A DNA stretch of 34,413 nt, taken from assembly GCF_006345805.1 (NCBI RefSeq), contig NW_021831705.1, positions 1-34,413 on the forward strand. The letters are read 5' to 3'. The position numbers and the translations under genes are program-made. Source of the DNA: Octopus sinensis. Lineage: Eukaryota. Of this stretch, positions 21,925-34,412 are shown piece after piece; position 1 is the first letter of the stretch, and every line of letters begins with the position of its first letter. Under the pieces are notes generated by a model that had not been told where the DNA came from, ran no database searches, and worked only from the letters and a program-made list of their open reading frames with translations.

Positions 21925-23206
21925 GTTTCTTTATTAGCCACACAGGGCTGCACACAGATAGAACAAATTACAAGGTAGAGCTTTTCTTTTGAAGGTATTA
22001 AAAAAAAAAAAAATAGGAAGGGGGAGGTTCGATCAAAAGGGATCGTAAAAGGAGAGAAAGAGGACAAAAAAACGGGGGGTTAAAAAAAAAAAAAAAGGGG
22101 GGGGGGAGAGGGAAAAAAATTGATCAATAGGGATCGTTATCACAGAAATGTCAATATGAAGTGTAAAGGGGAGGACAGGTGAGGTTTACCCGTGGAAAGA
22201 AAAGCCTACGGAAAAGACCACGGTAACCTCGGTCAATGATGTCACATTTTATATTTCTTTTTTTTTTTTTTTTTTTGCAAATAAGCAACTCTCTGTTTTC
22301 GATTTCTGGGTTCATAGGACTATGCTCAAGGTGGCTTCGTCATTCATACGTGCCATTCTTGCTACATTCACCCATCTTTTTTTAAAACATTCGCTAGACA
22401 AAACTTGCCTCTCTACTCTCACTTTCCTTTTCAAGTGGTACTTGAAGAAGTTGATGAGAGATTGACCAGAGAGGAAAGTGTTTGTCTCCAATCCTTTCAG
22501 ACGCGTCCACCAGATACATTCTTTCGCCATAGCCACAAGGATGATGAAAATAGCTCTTCCTTCCCGTTTGAAGGAAGGAGGCGTGACAATATTGACGATA
22601 GACTCAGCTGATAAACCGACTCGTCCCACACGTGACAGCAGTTGTTCGACATAAGCCCACAGGTCGGAAATTGTTGGACACTGAACGAGTGCGTGCAGAA
22701 CGGTTTCGTCGCTCTGACCGCATCTCGGGCAGGTCGGCCCCGTGTTTCTCGAGCCGTGTCTGTAGAGCTTATCCCGAACGGGTAGCGCTTCTCGGTAGCA
22801 CTGCCAGGCCAGGGATCTCTGGAAGTTGTCCATGGGCCCTGGCCCGAAAGTCGTCCCGAACAGGCGGGTCAGGTACTCCTCGTCGACGTCCAGGTTCGCC
22901 ACGAGCTCGTCGTCGTACCTCCCCTCCACTAAACCCCTATAGAATGCTTTGGTTGTGTTGAAGTCACTTAAGGTCGACCCAGGACGGCAGAGTTGCTTGA
23001 GAGCAACGCGACACTCGCGGTGCCATTCGCCCTTCCTCGGCCTCTTTTTGATCCACGACTGCAGTTCGGTCATGGAGACGAGCTGCGGGAAAGCGTGCCT
23101 CACAAACGGTGACCACACCTGTTCACCGTCGTCTACATAGAGCCAGAGATGTCGCAGTCTCAGCGCGTGTCTGCGCATCATCAACCACGGCATGCCCAGC
23201 CCTCCT
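21925..23206 (-). mobile_element. 5'-truncated Tx1/L1-clade non-LTR retrotransposon
   Basis: Stop-free ORF2 C-terminus, 3' UTR, and AATAAA immediately before the (TATC)n run. Confidence 0.85.
22312..23193 (-). pseudogene. LINE ORF2 C-terminal fragment (293 codons) with a CCHC zinc knuckle
   Basis: WQCYREALPVRDKL...CPRCGQSDETVLHALVQC...W, followed by KECIWWTR, typical of L1/Tx1 C-termini. It has no start codon or RT core. Confidence 0.85.
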
Positions 23207-23222
23207 AGATAGATAGACAGAC

Positions 23223-23297
<75 letters not shown>

Positions 23298-23460
23298 CAG
23301 ACAGACGGATGGATAGACAGACAGACAGGCATGCACGCAGTCAGACAGACCGAGAGTTAGAGAGACAGACAGACAGTCAGACAGATAGATAGATAGAGGG
23401 AGAGAGTGATACAGAGAGATACAGAGAGAGAAAGACAGACAGACAGATAGAGAGAGAGAT
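23207..23460. repeat. (GATA)n/(GACA)n microsatellite, right flank of the LINE
   Basis: Read directly. Confidence 0.95.
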
Positions 23461-23480
23461 GCAGATATATCTGGGACCAT

Positions 23481-23540
23481 CCCTCTGTCTGTCCTTGTTT
23501 GTCCCCTCTGTGTTTAGCCCCTTGTGGGTAGTAAAGAAAT
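23481..23540 (+). mobile_element. 60-bp 5'-truncated family A SINE
   Basis: 16-bp TSD atatatctgggaccat at 23465-23480 and 23541-23556. Confidence 0.9.
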
Positions 23541-23909
23541 ATATATCTGGGACCATTTATCTGCGATGACCTCAGCCGCATCAAGCATGCGCATGAAGCA
23601 ACACGCAAGCAAGTTGATGACGATGTGGACGATATTTTCCACACTGGTGTAGAAGAGAAAGCTACCCACAGATTTTATTCGATTTACGAAATTCAAAACG
23701 TTTCAGCGCGTAGGGGCAAATAAGGGTTTCGAATTTTGACACAAGGCCAGCAATTTTGGGGGAAAGGTAAATTGATTACATCGACCCTAACTGGTACCTG
23801 ATTTATCGATTTCGAAAGGCTGAAACGCAAAATTGGCATCGGCAGAATTTGAACTCAGAACGTAAAGACGGCGGCCGCTAAGCATTTAGTCCAGCACGCT
23901 AACGATTCT

Positions 23910-24690
23910 TATTTCTTTATTGCCCACAAGGGGCTAAACACAGAGGGGACAAACAAGGACAGACAAAGGGATTAAGTCGATTACATCAACCCCAGTGCGT
24001 AACTGGTACTTATGTAATCGACCCCGATGGGATGAAAGGCAAAGTCGACCTCGGCGGAATTTGAACTCAGAACGTAGCGGCAGACGAAATATCTGTTTCT
24101 TTATTACCCACAAGGGGCTAAACATAGAGGGGACAAACAAGGACAGACATAGATAATAAGTCGATTATATCAACCTCAGTGCGTAACTGGTACTTAATTT
24201 ATCGACCCCGAAAGGATGAAAGGCAAAGTCGACCTCGGCGGAATTTGAACTCAGAACGTAACGACAAACGAAATAGTTATTTCTTTACTACCCACAAGGG
24301 GCTAAGCACAGGGGACGAACAAGGACAGACAAACGGATTAAGTCGATTACATCGACTCCAGTGCGTAACTGGTACTTAATTTATCAACCCCGAAAGGATG
24401 AAAGGCAAAGTCGACCTCGGCGGAATTTAAACTCAGAACGTAACGACAGACGAAATAGCTATTTCTTTACTACCCCCAAGGGGCTAAATACAGAGGGGAC
24501 AAACAAGGACAGACAAACGGATTAAGTCGATTACATCGACCCCAGTGCGTAACTGGTACTTAATTTATCGACCCCGAAAGAATGGAAGACAAAGTCGACC
24601 TCGGCGGAATTTGAACTCAGAACGTAGCGGCAGACGAAATACGGCTACGCATTTCGCCCGGCGTGCTAACGTTTCTGCCAGCTCGCTGCC
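23910..24690 (-). mobile_element. Family A SINE: one head plus four tandem bodies
   Basis: Unit boundaries at about 23910, 24093, 24277 and 24459. The 48-bp head is at 24643-24690. An older degenerate copy lies at about 23730-23909. Confidence 0.9.
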
Positions 24691-24766
24691 TTAAAAATGA
24701 TTATAATATGAAGACGAAGAGTGATTTTGAAAAGTTTTGAAAAATTTTTTAAATAACTTGTCTAAC

Positions 24767-24865
24767 CTTCTTTTTAGCAGCATCCTTTGTGGTTTCATCC
24801 ATCCAATCAGAACCACTGAATATATGCAACATGGACTGACGTATATCTTCCACTAATTTCGCAAC
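24767..24865 (-). CDS. M13 peptidase exon B (99 nt, phase 0/0): VAKLVEDIRQSMLHIFSGSDWMDETTKDAAKKK
   Basis: Acceptor tttgttttctag, donor GTTAGA. Contains the family motif WMD..TK..A..K. Confidence 0.93.
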
Positions 24866-24895
24866 CTAGAAAACAAATTTGAAACATCAAATATA

Positions 24896-25128
24896 TATTT
24901 CTTTATTGCCCACAAGGGGGCTAAACACAGAGGGAACAAACAAGGACAGACAAAGGGATTAAGTCGATTACATCGACCCCAGTGTGAAACTGGAACTTTA
25001 TTTATCGACCCCGAAAGGATGAAAGGCAAAGTCGACCTCGCCGGAATTTGAACTCTGAACGTAACGGCAGACGAAATACCGCTAAGCATTTCGCCCGGCG
25101 TGCTAACGTTTCTGCCAGCTCGCCGCCT
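24896..25128 (-). mobile_element. Family A SINE monomer
   Basis: 18-bp TSD tttgaaacatcaaatata at 24878-24895 and 25129-25146. Confidence 0.92.
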
Positions 25129-25222
25129 TTTGAAACATCAAATATAGACTGATTATTTTATTAGTTTCAGACTTTCGACAACGGAGTTGTTTGTTTTGTT
25201 TTGTTTTTTTCTTTTTCTCTCT

Positions 25223-25331
<109 letters not shown>

Positions 25332-26294
25332 ATGCGTATTACATCGATCTCTGTTTATGAATTAGTTTAATACAAGTTCGCCTCTGCGTAAAGAGACGTT
25401 AAGCGGACACAAAGGTGACACTAGGTATTTCTGTTCAATGCACCGATTTATTAGCATAGCCACTCGCACTCACACAGAAACACATACACACACACACACA
25501 CTCACACACAGATACACAAACGTATGTAATGTATATATATATAGATAGATAGATAGAGAGATAGATAAATAGATAGATAATGGCATGTGTACGTGGATCT
25601 ATACATGCTTACTTATATATATCCTCAGTGAAGGAGCATTAATCAGAGTGTTGTACTCATGATCGCAAGATCGCGGTCTCGATCCCCAGACCGAGCAGTA
25701 AATTGTCCTTGAGCACAGTTTGCTTAGTAGTTGCTGTAATTTTAAAACCTGTGCTGTTGAACAAGGTTATGGGGTTTTCCTAAATTTATCTAGAATATGA
25801 CCACCACTCCGCATGGTATTTCTAAGTCATCACCTAAGTATAAACTTTTAACTGTGGCGGCATTCACCGGGGGTGAATTGAGCCGCCTCCGGCCAACGAG
25901 TTCCCCACATCCCTCACAAATGCTGACCACATTCGACGATCGGCCCTAACGTTCCAGTAGGCAAAGTAATGTTTCTACCTGTGGCCCCAAAATCCATATT
26001 GCAAATTTGATAAATGCTCTTCTGGGATAGCGCGGAAGCCGTTGCCGAAGTCATCAGTTGTTAGTGAGATGTGGAGTTCATGTTCGGAGTTTTAACGGGA
26101 ATACAAGTTTATATGTGGTTCCCGGTCACATCCATACACACTTTGGGATAGTGTGATCCGTAGCAGCTGTTCTTGCTCTCGATTGTTGACCGCGGCAGTG
26201 GATTCGTCGATCAAGTCAGAGCTCATTATCGGAGCAGACACAACCTGGTTTAGTCTAAGTATAAACCTATGTTATAGTTTGGCTCTTGGTATAC

Positions 26295-26575
26295 TCTTTT
26301 ACTCTTTTATTTGTTTCAGTCATTTGACTGTGGCCAGGCTTTGGCCGGCCCGAGGCTATAGTAGAAGACACTTGCCCAAGGTGCCACGCAGTGGGAATGA
26401 ACCCAGAACCATGTGGTTGGTAAGCAAGCTACTTACCACACAGCCACTCCTACGCCTGTTCGGTGAAGATTCCAATTCTTCGCGATCCACAGATCCGGTC
26501 GTTTTTATCGAAACTAGCCCCACTCCAAACGATTCAAAACATCGCCACAGGACTCTCGAACGACGGTCTGGTCCT
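26295..26575 (-). mobile_element. Mariner-fragment/family B SINE junction copy
   Basis: 26337-26575 is the reverse complement of about 13327-13564, including the same junction. Here the head is fused directly to the tail end. Confidence 0.8.
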
Positions 26576-26856
26576 ACGCCTATCGTGCATTCTGGGACCT
26601 ATTAGTTCGCATATATCAACACCACCTTAGGAGCCCTTTAAGAAGTCACCGGTTCAGATTTTTTGCCGACGCTGACTCTTTCTCAAACAGTAAGGTTTCA
26701 AATGCATGTTTGGTTATCTTAGTAACTGTTTCATCAAACGTATTGCCTGGTGAACTCAATTGGTTTGACCAGCAAACGTTTTGATACCGAGGCGTAGATA
26801 TCCACAATACCCAATGTCTAACTGTGTGAACTTTGAGTTAAACATATTCCTTATAC

Positions 26857-27456
26857 CTATTTCTTTACTACCCACAAGGGGCTAAACATAGAGGGGACAA
26901 ACAAGGACAGACAAACGGATTAAGTCAATTACATCGACTCCAGTGCGTAACTGGTACTTAATTCATCGACCCCGAAAGGATGAAAGGCAAAGTCGACCTC
27001 GGCGGAATTTGAACTCAGAACGTAACGGCGGACGAAATACCTATTTCTTTACTACCCACAAGGGGCTAAATACAGAGGGGACAAACAAGGACAGACAAAC
27101 GGATTAAGTCAATTACATCGACTCCAGTGCGTAACTGGTACTTAATTCATCGACCCCGAAAGGATGAAAGGCAAAGTCGACCTCGGCGGAATTTGAACTC
27201 AGAACGTAACGGCGGACGAAATACCTATTTCTTTACTACCCACAAGGGTCTAAACACAGAGGGGACAAACAAGGACAGACAAACGGATTAAGTCAATTAC
27301 ATCGACTCCAGTGCGTAACTGGTACTTAATTTATCGACGCCGAAAGGATGAAAAGCAAAGTCGACCTCGGCGGAATTTAGACTCAGAACGTAACGGCGGA
27401 CGAAATACGGCTACGCATTTCGCCCGGCGTGCTAACGTTTCTGCCAGCTCGCTGCC
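26857..27456 (-). mobile_element. Family A SINE: one head plus three nearly identical 184-bp bodies
   Basis: Units start at 26857, 27041 and 27225. The head is at 27409-27456. Confidence 0.93.
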
Positions 27457-27476
27457 TTATAAAAGAAAGCGAACGA

Positions 27477-27548
27477 GGGCTCGTCCCGGATTCGAACCCG
27501 GGACCTCTTGCACCCGAAGCGAGAATCATACCTCTAGACCAACGAGCC
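27477..27548 (-). tRNA. tRNA-Pro-CGG: tRNA-Pro(CGG) copy, possibly a retroposed pseudogene
   Basis: 72 nt: GGCTCGTTGGTCTAGAGGTATGATTCTCGCTTCGGGTGCAAGAGGTCCCGGGTTCGAATCCGGGACGAGCCC. It has intact A and B boxes and a TTTCTTTT trailer, with a C-A mismatch in the anticodon stem and a G-G mismatch in the T stem. Confidence 0.92.
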
Positions 27549-28013
27549 GACTTCCTTATACCATTGGACCAGTTGATGATGGTGCTACTATTGGTCCACT
27601 GTTGATGTTTAGTAGCCTTGGTCATTTATTTCGGTTAGTAATCCTATCTCTGTCCAGACAGGTTTGTTTATTAGCCAGCTTGTGAGCTTATTTTCAAAGT
27701 CTGGTTAAAGTTATAACTGTTTCTCTTTTAGTTAAACATTCTGTCCTATATAAAACTTTACTCTAATTTGCTAGACGTCACTATCATGTTTATCTTTTGT
27801 TCTTTTTAAATAAAGTATCGTATAACTATCAATTTTACTCTGCTTTGCTAGACGTCACTATCACACTTGTGGTCCATCTTTTTGTTCTTTTTAGATAAGG
27901 TATCATATAACCATTATCTTATTTTTACCGCAACCAGAGTTATACCTATTTAAGCTAAAGTAAGGTCCAGGTCTTCCGGTAAACTCAGGCAAACACACAC
28001 ACACCACACACAC

Positions 28014-28086
<73 letters not shown>

Positions 28087-28114
28087 ATATATATATTATA
28101 TATACAGATATATA

Positions 28115-28280
28115 TACCAAAGGCTTCTTTCAGTTTCTGTCTACCAATTCCACCTCACAAGGCTTTGGACGGCCTGTGGCTATAGTAGAAGACACTTGCC
28201 CTAGGTGCCACGCAGTGGGATGAGAACCCGAAACCGCGTTGTTGGGAAGCAAACTTTTAACCACACAGCCACTCCTGTGC
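28115..28280 (-). mobile_element. Family B SINE head
   Basis: Reverse complement of the head consensus (ccacacagccactcctgtgcc). Confidence 0.7.
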
Positions 28281-28472
28281 CTATATATTTATAAATATAT
28301 AGGTGTGTATGTGTACGTGTACATACATGCGCGCGCACATTCACAGATAAATATATATGTGTGTGTGGGTGTGTGGGGGGATATTGTATAAGGAAAGAGG
28401 GAGAAAAAAATCAATTCATTTATATAATAGTCAATTTCATGTCGCCTACGTGCGTTTCAATTTCTTACCCTC

Positions 28473-31400
28473 GGACGGATGGATGGATGGATGAATGAAT
28501 GGATGGATGGATGTATGGATGGATGGATGGGTGGATGGATGGATGGATGGATGGATGGATGGGTGGATGGATGGATGGATGGATAGGTGGATGGATGGAT
28601 GGGTGGATGGATGGGTGGATGGATGGATGGATGGATGGGTGGATGGATGGTTGGATGGATGGATGGATGGATGGATGGATGGATGGATGGATGGGTGGAT
28701 GGATGGGTGGATGGATGGATGGATGGATGGATGGATGGATGGATGGATGGATGGATGGGTGGATGGATGGATGGATGGATGGATGGGTGGATGGACGGAC
28801 GGACGGACGGACGGATGGGTGGATGGGTGGATGGATGGGTGGATGGATGGATGGATGGATGGATGGATGGATGGGTGGATGGATGGGTGGATGGATGGAT
28901 GGACGGATGGATGGATGGATGAATGAATGGATGGATGGATGGATGGATGGATGGGTGGATGGATGGGTGGATAGAGGGTGGATGGATGGATGTGGATGGA
29001 TGATGGACGGACGGATGGATGGATGGATGGATGGGTGGATGGATGGGTGGATGGATGATGGATGGGTGCTGGATGGATGGATGGATGGGTGATGGATTGG
29101 TGGATGGATGGATGGACGGATGGATGGACGACGGACGGACGGACGGACGGATGGATGGATGGATGGATGGATGGAATGATGGCTGGATGGACGGATGGAG
29201 GGATGGATGGATGGATGGATGGGTGGATGGATGGGTGGATGGATGGATGGATGGATGATGGTGATGGATGGATGGATGGATGGAGATGGAGGGTGATGGA
29301 TGGGTGGATGGATGGGTGGATGGATGGTTGGATGGATGGATGGATGGATGGATGGATGGATGGTTGGATGGATGGATGGATGGGTGGATGGATGGATGGA
29401 TGGATGGATGGATGGATGGGTGGATGGATGGGTGGATGGATGGATGGATGGATGGGTGGATGAACGGACGGACGGACGGACGGATGGATGGATGGGTGGA
29501 TGGATGGGTGGATGGATGGATGGATGGATGGATGGATGGATGGATGGATGGATGGGTGGATGGATGGGTGGATGGACGGACGGACGGACGGATGGATGGA
29601 TGGGTGGATGGATGGTTGGATGGATGGGTGGTTGGATGGATGGACGGACGGATGGACGGATGGACGGACGGATGGACGGACGGACGGATGGATGGATGGA
29701 TGAATGATGGATGGATGGATGGATGGATGGATGGATGGATGGATGGATGGATGGATGGGTGGATGGATGGATGGACGGACGGATGGATGGATGGATGGAT
29801 GGGTGGATGGATGGGTGGATGGATGGATGGATGGGTGGCTGGATGGATGGATGGATGGGTGGATGGATGGGTGGATGGATGGGTGGATGGATGGATGGAT
29901 GGATGGATGGGTGGATGGATGGATGGACGGACGGATGGACGGACGGATCGATGGATGGATGAATGAATGGATGGATGGATGGATGGATGGATGGATGGAT
30001 TGGTGGATGTATGGGTGGATGGATGGATGGATGGATGGATGGATGGATGGGTGGATGGATGGATGGATGGATGGGTGGATGGATGGATGGATGGGTGGAT
30101 GGATGGATGGATGGATGGATGGGTGGATGGATGGATGGACGGACGGATGGATGGATGGATGGGTGGATGGATGGGTGGATGGATGGATGGATGGGTGGCT
30201 GGATGGATGGATGGATGGGTGGATGGATGGGTGGATGGATGGATGGACGGACGGATGGACGGACGGACGGACGGACGGACGGATGGATGGATGGATGGAT
30301 GGATGGATTGATGGCTGGATGGACGGATGGAGGGATGGAGGGATGGATGGATGGGTGGTTGGATGGATGGATGGATGGGTGGCTGGATGGATGGATGGGT
30401 GGATGGATGGGTGGATGGATGGATGGACGGACGGATGGACGGATGGATGGACGGACGGACGGACGGATGGATGGATGGATGGATGGATGGATGGGTGGAT
30501 GGATGGATGGATGGGTGGATGGATGGGTGGATGGATGGATGGATGGATGGATGGGTGGATGGATGGGTGGATGGATGGATGGATGGATGGATGGGTAGAT
30601 GGATGGATGGATGGATGGATGGATGGATGGATGGATGGATGGGTGGATGGATGGGTGGGTGGATGGATGGATGGATGGATGGATGGATGGATGGATGGAT
30701 GGACGGATGGATGGGTGGATGGATGGATGGATGGGTGGATGGATGGATGGATGGGTGGATGGGTGGATGGATGGGTGGATGGATGGATGGATGGATGGAT
30801 GGATGAATGGGTGGATGGGTGGATGGATGGGTGGATGGATGTATGGACGGATGGATGGACGGACGGATGGACGGACGGACGGACGGACGGATGGATGGAT
30901 GGTTGGATGGATGGATGGATGGATGGGTGGATGGATGGGTGGATGGATGGATGGATGGGTGGATGGGTGGATGGATGGGTGGATGGATGTATGGACGGAT
31001 GGATGGACGGACGGATGGACGGACGGACGGACGGACGGATGGATGGATGGTTGGATGGATGGATGGATGGGTGGATGGATGGGTGGATGGATGGATGGAT
31101 GGATGGATGGATGGATGGGTGGATGGATGGGTGGATGGTTGGATGGATGGATGGATGGGTAGATGGATGGATGGATGGATGGATGGATGGATGGGTGGAT
31201 GGATGGATGGATGGATGGATGGAAGGATGGATGAATGGGTGGATGGATGGGTGGATGGATGGGTGGATGGACGGACGGACGGACGGACGGATGGACGGAC
31301 GAACGGACGGATGGATGGATGGATGAATGGATGGATGGATGGATGGATGGATGGATGGATGGATGGATGGATGGATGGACGGACGGATGGACAGACGGAT

Positions 31401-32003
31401 GGATGGACAGACAGACGGACGGATGGATGGGTGGATGTATGGATGAATGAATGGATGGATGGATGGATGGATGGATGGACGGACGGACGGATGGATGGGT
31501 GGATGGATGGGTGGATGGATGGATGGATGGATGGGTGGATGGACGGATGGACGGACGGATGGTCGGACGGACGGATGGATGGATGGATGAATGAATGGAT
31601 GGATGGATGGATGGATGGATGGATGGATGCATGGATGGGTGGATGGATGGGTGGATGGATGGATGGATGGATGGATGGATGGATGATAGATGGATGGACG
31701 GACGGATGGACGGACTGACGGGCGGATGGATGGACGGACGGACGGACGGACGGATGGATAGATGGATGAATGGATGGATGGATGGATGGATGGATGGATG
31801 GATGGGTTGGTGGATGGATGGACGGACGGATGGACGGACTGACGGACGGATGGACGGACTGACGGACAGATGGACGGACAGACGGACGGATGGATGGACA
31901 GACGGACGGATGGATGGACAGACGGAGGGACGGATGGACGGACAGACGGACGGATGGATGGATGGACGGATGGACGGACGGACGGATGGATGGATTGACG
32001 GAC
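28473..32003. repeat. ~3.5 kb (GGAT)n array with GGGT/GGAC/GAAT variants
   Basis: Read directly. It explains all the HPSI and MDGW ORFs. Confidence 0.98.
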
Positions 32004-32106
32004 TTCTGTAATGACGAGATATTCATGTCTTACGCACACACATACACAAATACACAAATGCATACAAACATACACACACACACACAAATAAACAGAATTT
32101 TTTTAC

Positions 32107-32235
32107 CTTTTCTTTCGTAGATTTTTTGAAGTATTTGTCCACGTATAATCGACCGACATGATTGGGCAACAACTTGTTGACTTTCTTAGCACATTGAATA
32201 TCCCGACTCAGTGAATAATTTTGTGATTGAAGCTC
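32107..32235 (-). CDS. M13 (neprilysin/ECE-like) peptidase, internal exon A (129 nt, phase 0/0): ELQSQNYSLSRDIQCAKKVNKLLPNHVGRLYVDKYFKKSTKEK
   Basis: Acceptor ttctag, donor GTAAAA, stop-free. The C...VGRLYV..YF motif matches the M13 family helix. It splices in frame to exon B. Confidence 0.9.
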
Positions 32236-32296
32236 CTAGAATTACAAATAACGTTTGCTTTATTTACCAGAACTACAGATAATTTCTCATACTATA

Positions 32297-32713
32297 TATT
32301 TCTTTATTACCCATAAGGGGCTAAACATAGAGGGGACAAACAAGGACAGACAAACGGATTAAGTCGATTACATCGACCCCAGTGCGAAACTGGTACTTTA
32401 TTTATCGACCCCGAAAGGGTGAAAGGCAAAGTCGACCTCGGCGGAATTTGAACTCAGAACGTAACGGCGGACGAAATACCTATTTCTTTACTACCCACAA
32501 GGGGCTAAACATAGAGGGGACAAATAAGGACAGACAAACGGATTAAGTCGATTACATCGACCCCAGTGCGAAACTGGTACTTTATTTATCGACCCCGAAA
32601 GGGTGAAAGGCAAAGTCGACCTCGGCTGAATTTGAACTCAGAACATAGCGGCAGACGAAATACCGCTAAACATTTCGCCCGGCGTGCTAATGCTTCTGCC
32701 AGCTCGTCGCCTT
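32297..32713 (-). mobile_element. Family A SINE: one head plus two bodies
   Basis: 15-bp TSD atttctcatactata at 32282-32296 and 32714-32728. The second unit starts at 32480. Confidence 0.92.
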
Positions 32714-33520
32714 ATTTCTCATACTATAGGCAAGTTACAAATTCCCAAGATGAAGAGGATATACAGTCTACATAAATAGATTATTACCATTTTAAATACG
32801 CTTGAGGAACGGTCGAGACCGTAAGAAGGCCATCCACTGTGTTTTGTCATGGGGAAAATTTCTCGTGGATCGCCACCCCGTAAAATCTACATAGCCACAA
32901 AAATGATAACGGTTTAAGTTGTGTGAATCGAAATCAGTGAATAACCGGAAGTTATTTTTGACCCTTTAATATTCAGATTACTGTGTCAAAAGTATAAACA
33001 CTTGGTCATATTATTTTGAATTAATCATGCATTATCTTGTAGCGCTGAGAGTTCAACAATGTGATTTGTTCGGGGGTTTTGTTGGGGGTGGGGTCAGAAT
33101 GACATTGTAAGGTAGGTGTAAGAGGCCAGATCATGCTTGTTTGAACACAAAGCAGGTAGAATATTTGGGCAGGATATGGCCGTTTTAAAGTTTAAAGGAT
33201 TAAGAGCTTAATCAGAGAGTAGCAGCATTTGTAACTTCGTTTTCTTTTCTTCGGGATTCCCGAAACTAGTGAGTGGAAGAGAAGATATTTTCTAACCGGA
33301 ACCTGACGCCAATGTTTGCAAACAGTGGATACGACAAAAGCGCCACAGAACTGGTGGTACTGTTAAGTGGAGATATTTTTCAACCATATTGTATCCAGGA
33401 ACCAATAAATCCTAGTGCGTGTGGAATTAGTAGACGGAAACTGAATAAAGCCCCTCGTGTATAAATATATACATATATAAATATGTGTATGTGTGTGTAT
33501 GTATTTTTTATATATATATA

Positions 33521-33553
<33 letters not shown>

Positions 33554-34097
33554 AATCAGTAAATGGTGGGGTTCTGTTGACCGCACGTGGAGAAATGATA
33601 GGAGAGGAAAAAATATAATAAGGCAGAATGCTAAATTGAAAGTAAATTTTAATAAAAATGGGTATATGGAAAATAAAAAAATTAAAAAAATAATAAATCA
33701 AACCGGTTTTCATTGCAAGGCAAATTTTCAAGATTTGGAAGGGGAAAAAGAAATTTACAATGTTTTTTTAAAAAAATAATAATACATATATACAAAAAAT
33801 TAATAAATAAGTATACCAATAGATTGTAGAGTCTTTTTGCTTTTAGAGTTCAAAAATAGTCTTTGGAAAAACTTCTTTGGGGGATTAGGATGCATGTGCT
33901 TAAATGTAGTGCTCGGTTTAAAGCTTTTGGTAAATGTGTGTCAAAACAGGAAATGGGGTAGGAGTTATCCAGTTCCTGTGAGTAAGGGGAGACAACTCTG
34001 CGGATTTTATGCTCTTTAATTGGAATGATGGATTTTTTGTCAAATAGGCTGCCTATATCAATTTTTGTCAGATAGGATGCTAGAAAAAGGAGCATGG

Positions 34098-34412
34098 TCA
34101 TCGGGGAGTTTGCATATTAAGATGCGTTTGGAATTTTTCACTAAAAAGATTCTCCTTATTGATTCTTTCTTGTGTAGAGATTCCATCTTTACATTGGTAG
34201 AAAGGTAATATGTGAAATTTAGGATTTTTATCTCTAGCGCAAGAGTCTATGTGGCTACTTAGTGGAATTTGGTGGTATTGTGGGAGATTAATCTGTTCTT
34301 TATGGACCGCTACTCTTCTAATTAAAGGAAGGCTCGTTTGTCCAACATAATTGTGTTGGCAACCGGCGCGTGTGAGAACGTAGATGAGGTTCGCGGAAGA
34401 ACAGGAGAAGTT
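34098..34412 (-). mobile_element. Penelope-like element: stop-free GIY-YIG endonuclease C-terminus (104 codons), running off the window
   Basis: NFSCSSANLIYVLTRAGCQHNYVGQTSLPLIRRVAVHKEQI...LSSHIDSC...FHILPFYQC...ERINKENLFSEKFQTHLN then stop. The ORF track misses it because there is no start codon in the window. Confidence 0.88.

Noticed and set aside
23910-24690. Regular direct repeats suggesting a CRISPR array
   Set aside because: The units are contiguous ~184-bp SINE bodies with no unique spacers and no cas genes, in a eukaryotic context.
25790-26250. GC-richer segment with a YWNVR motif on the minus strand (possible LINE endonuclease start)
   Set aside because: A single short motif without supporting frame continuity; too weak to call.
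28446-32120. Very long ORFs (up to 1213 aa, HPSI and MDGW repeats)
   Set aside because: These are translations of the (GGAT)n array, open in several frames on both strands, and lie inside an intron.
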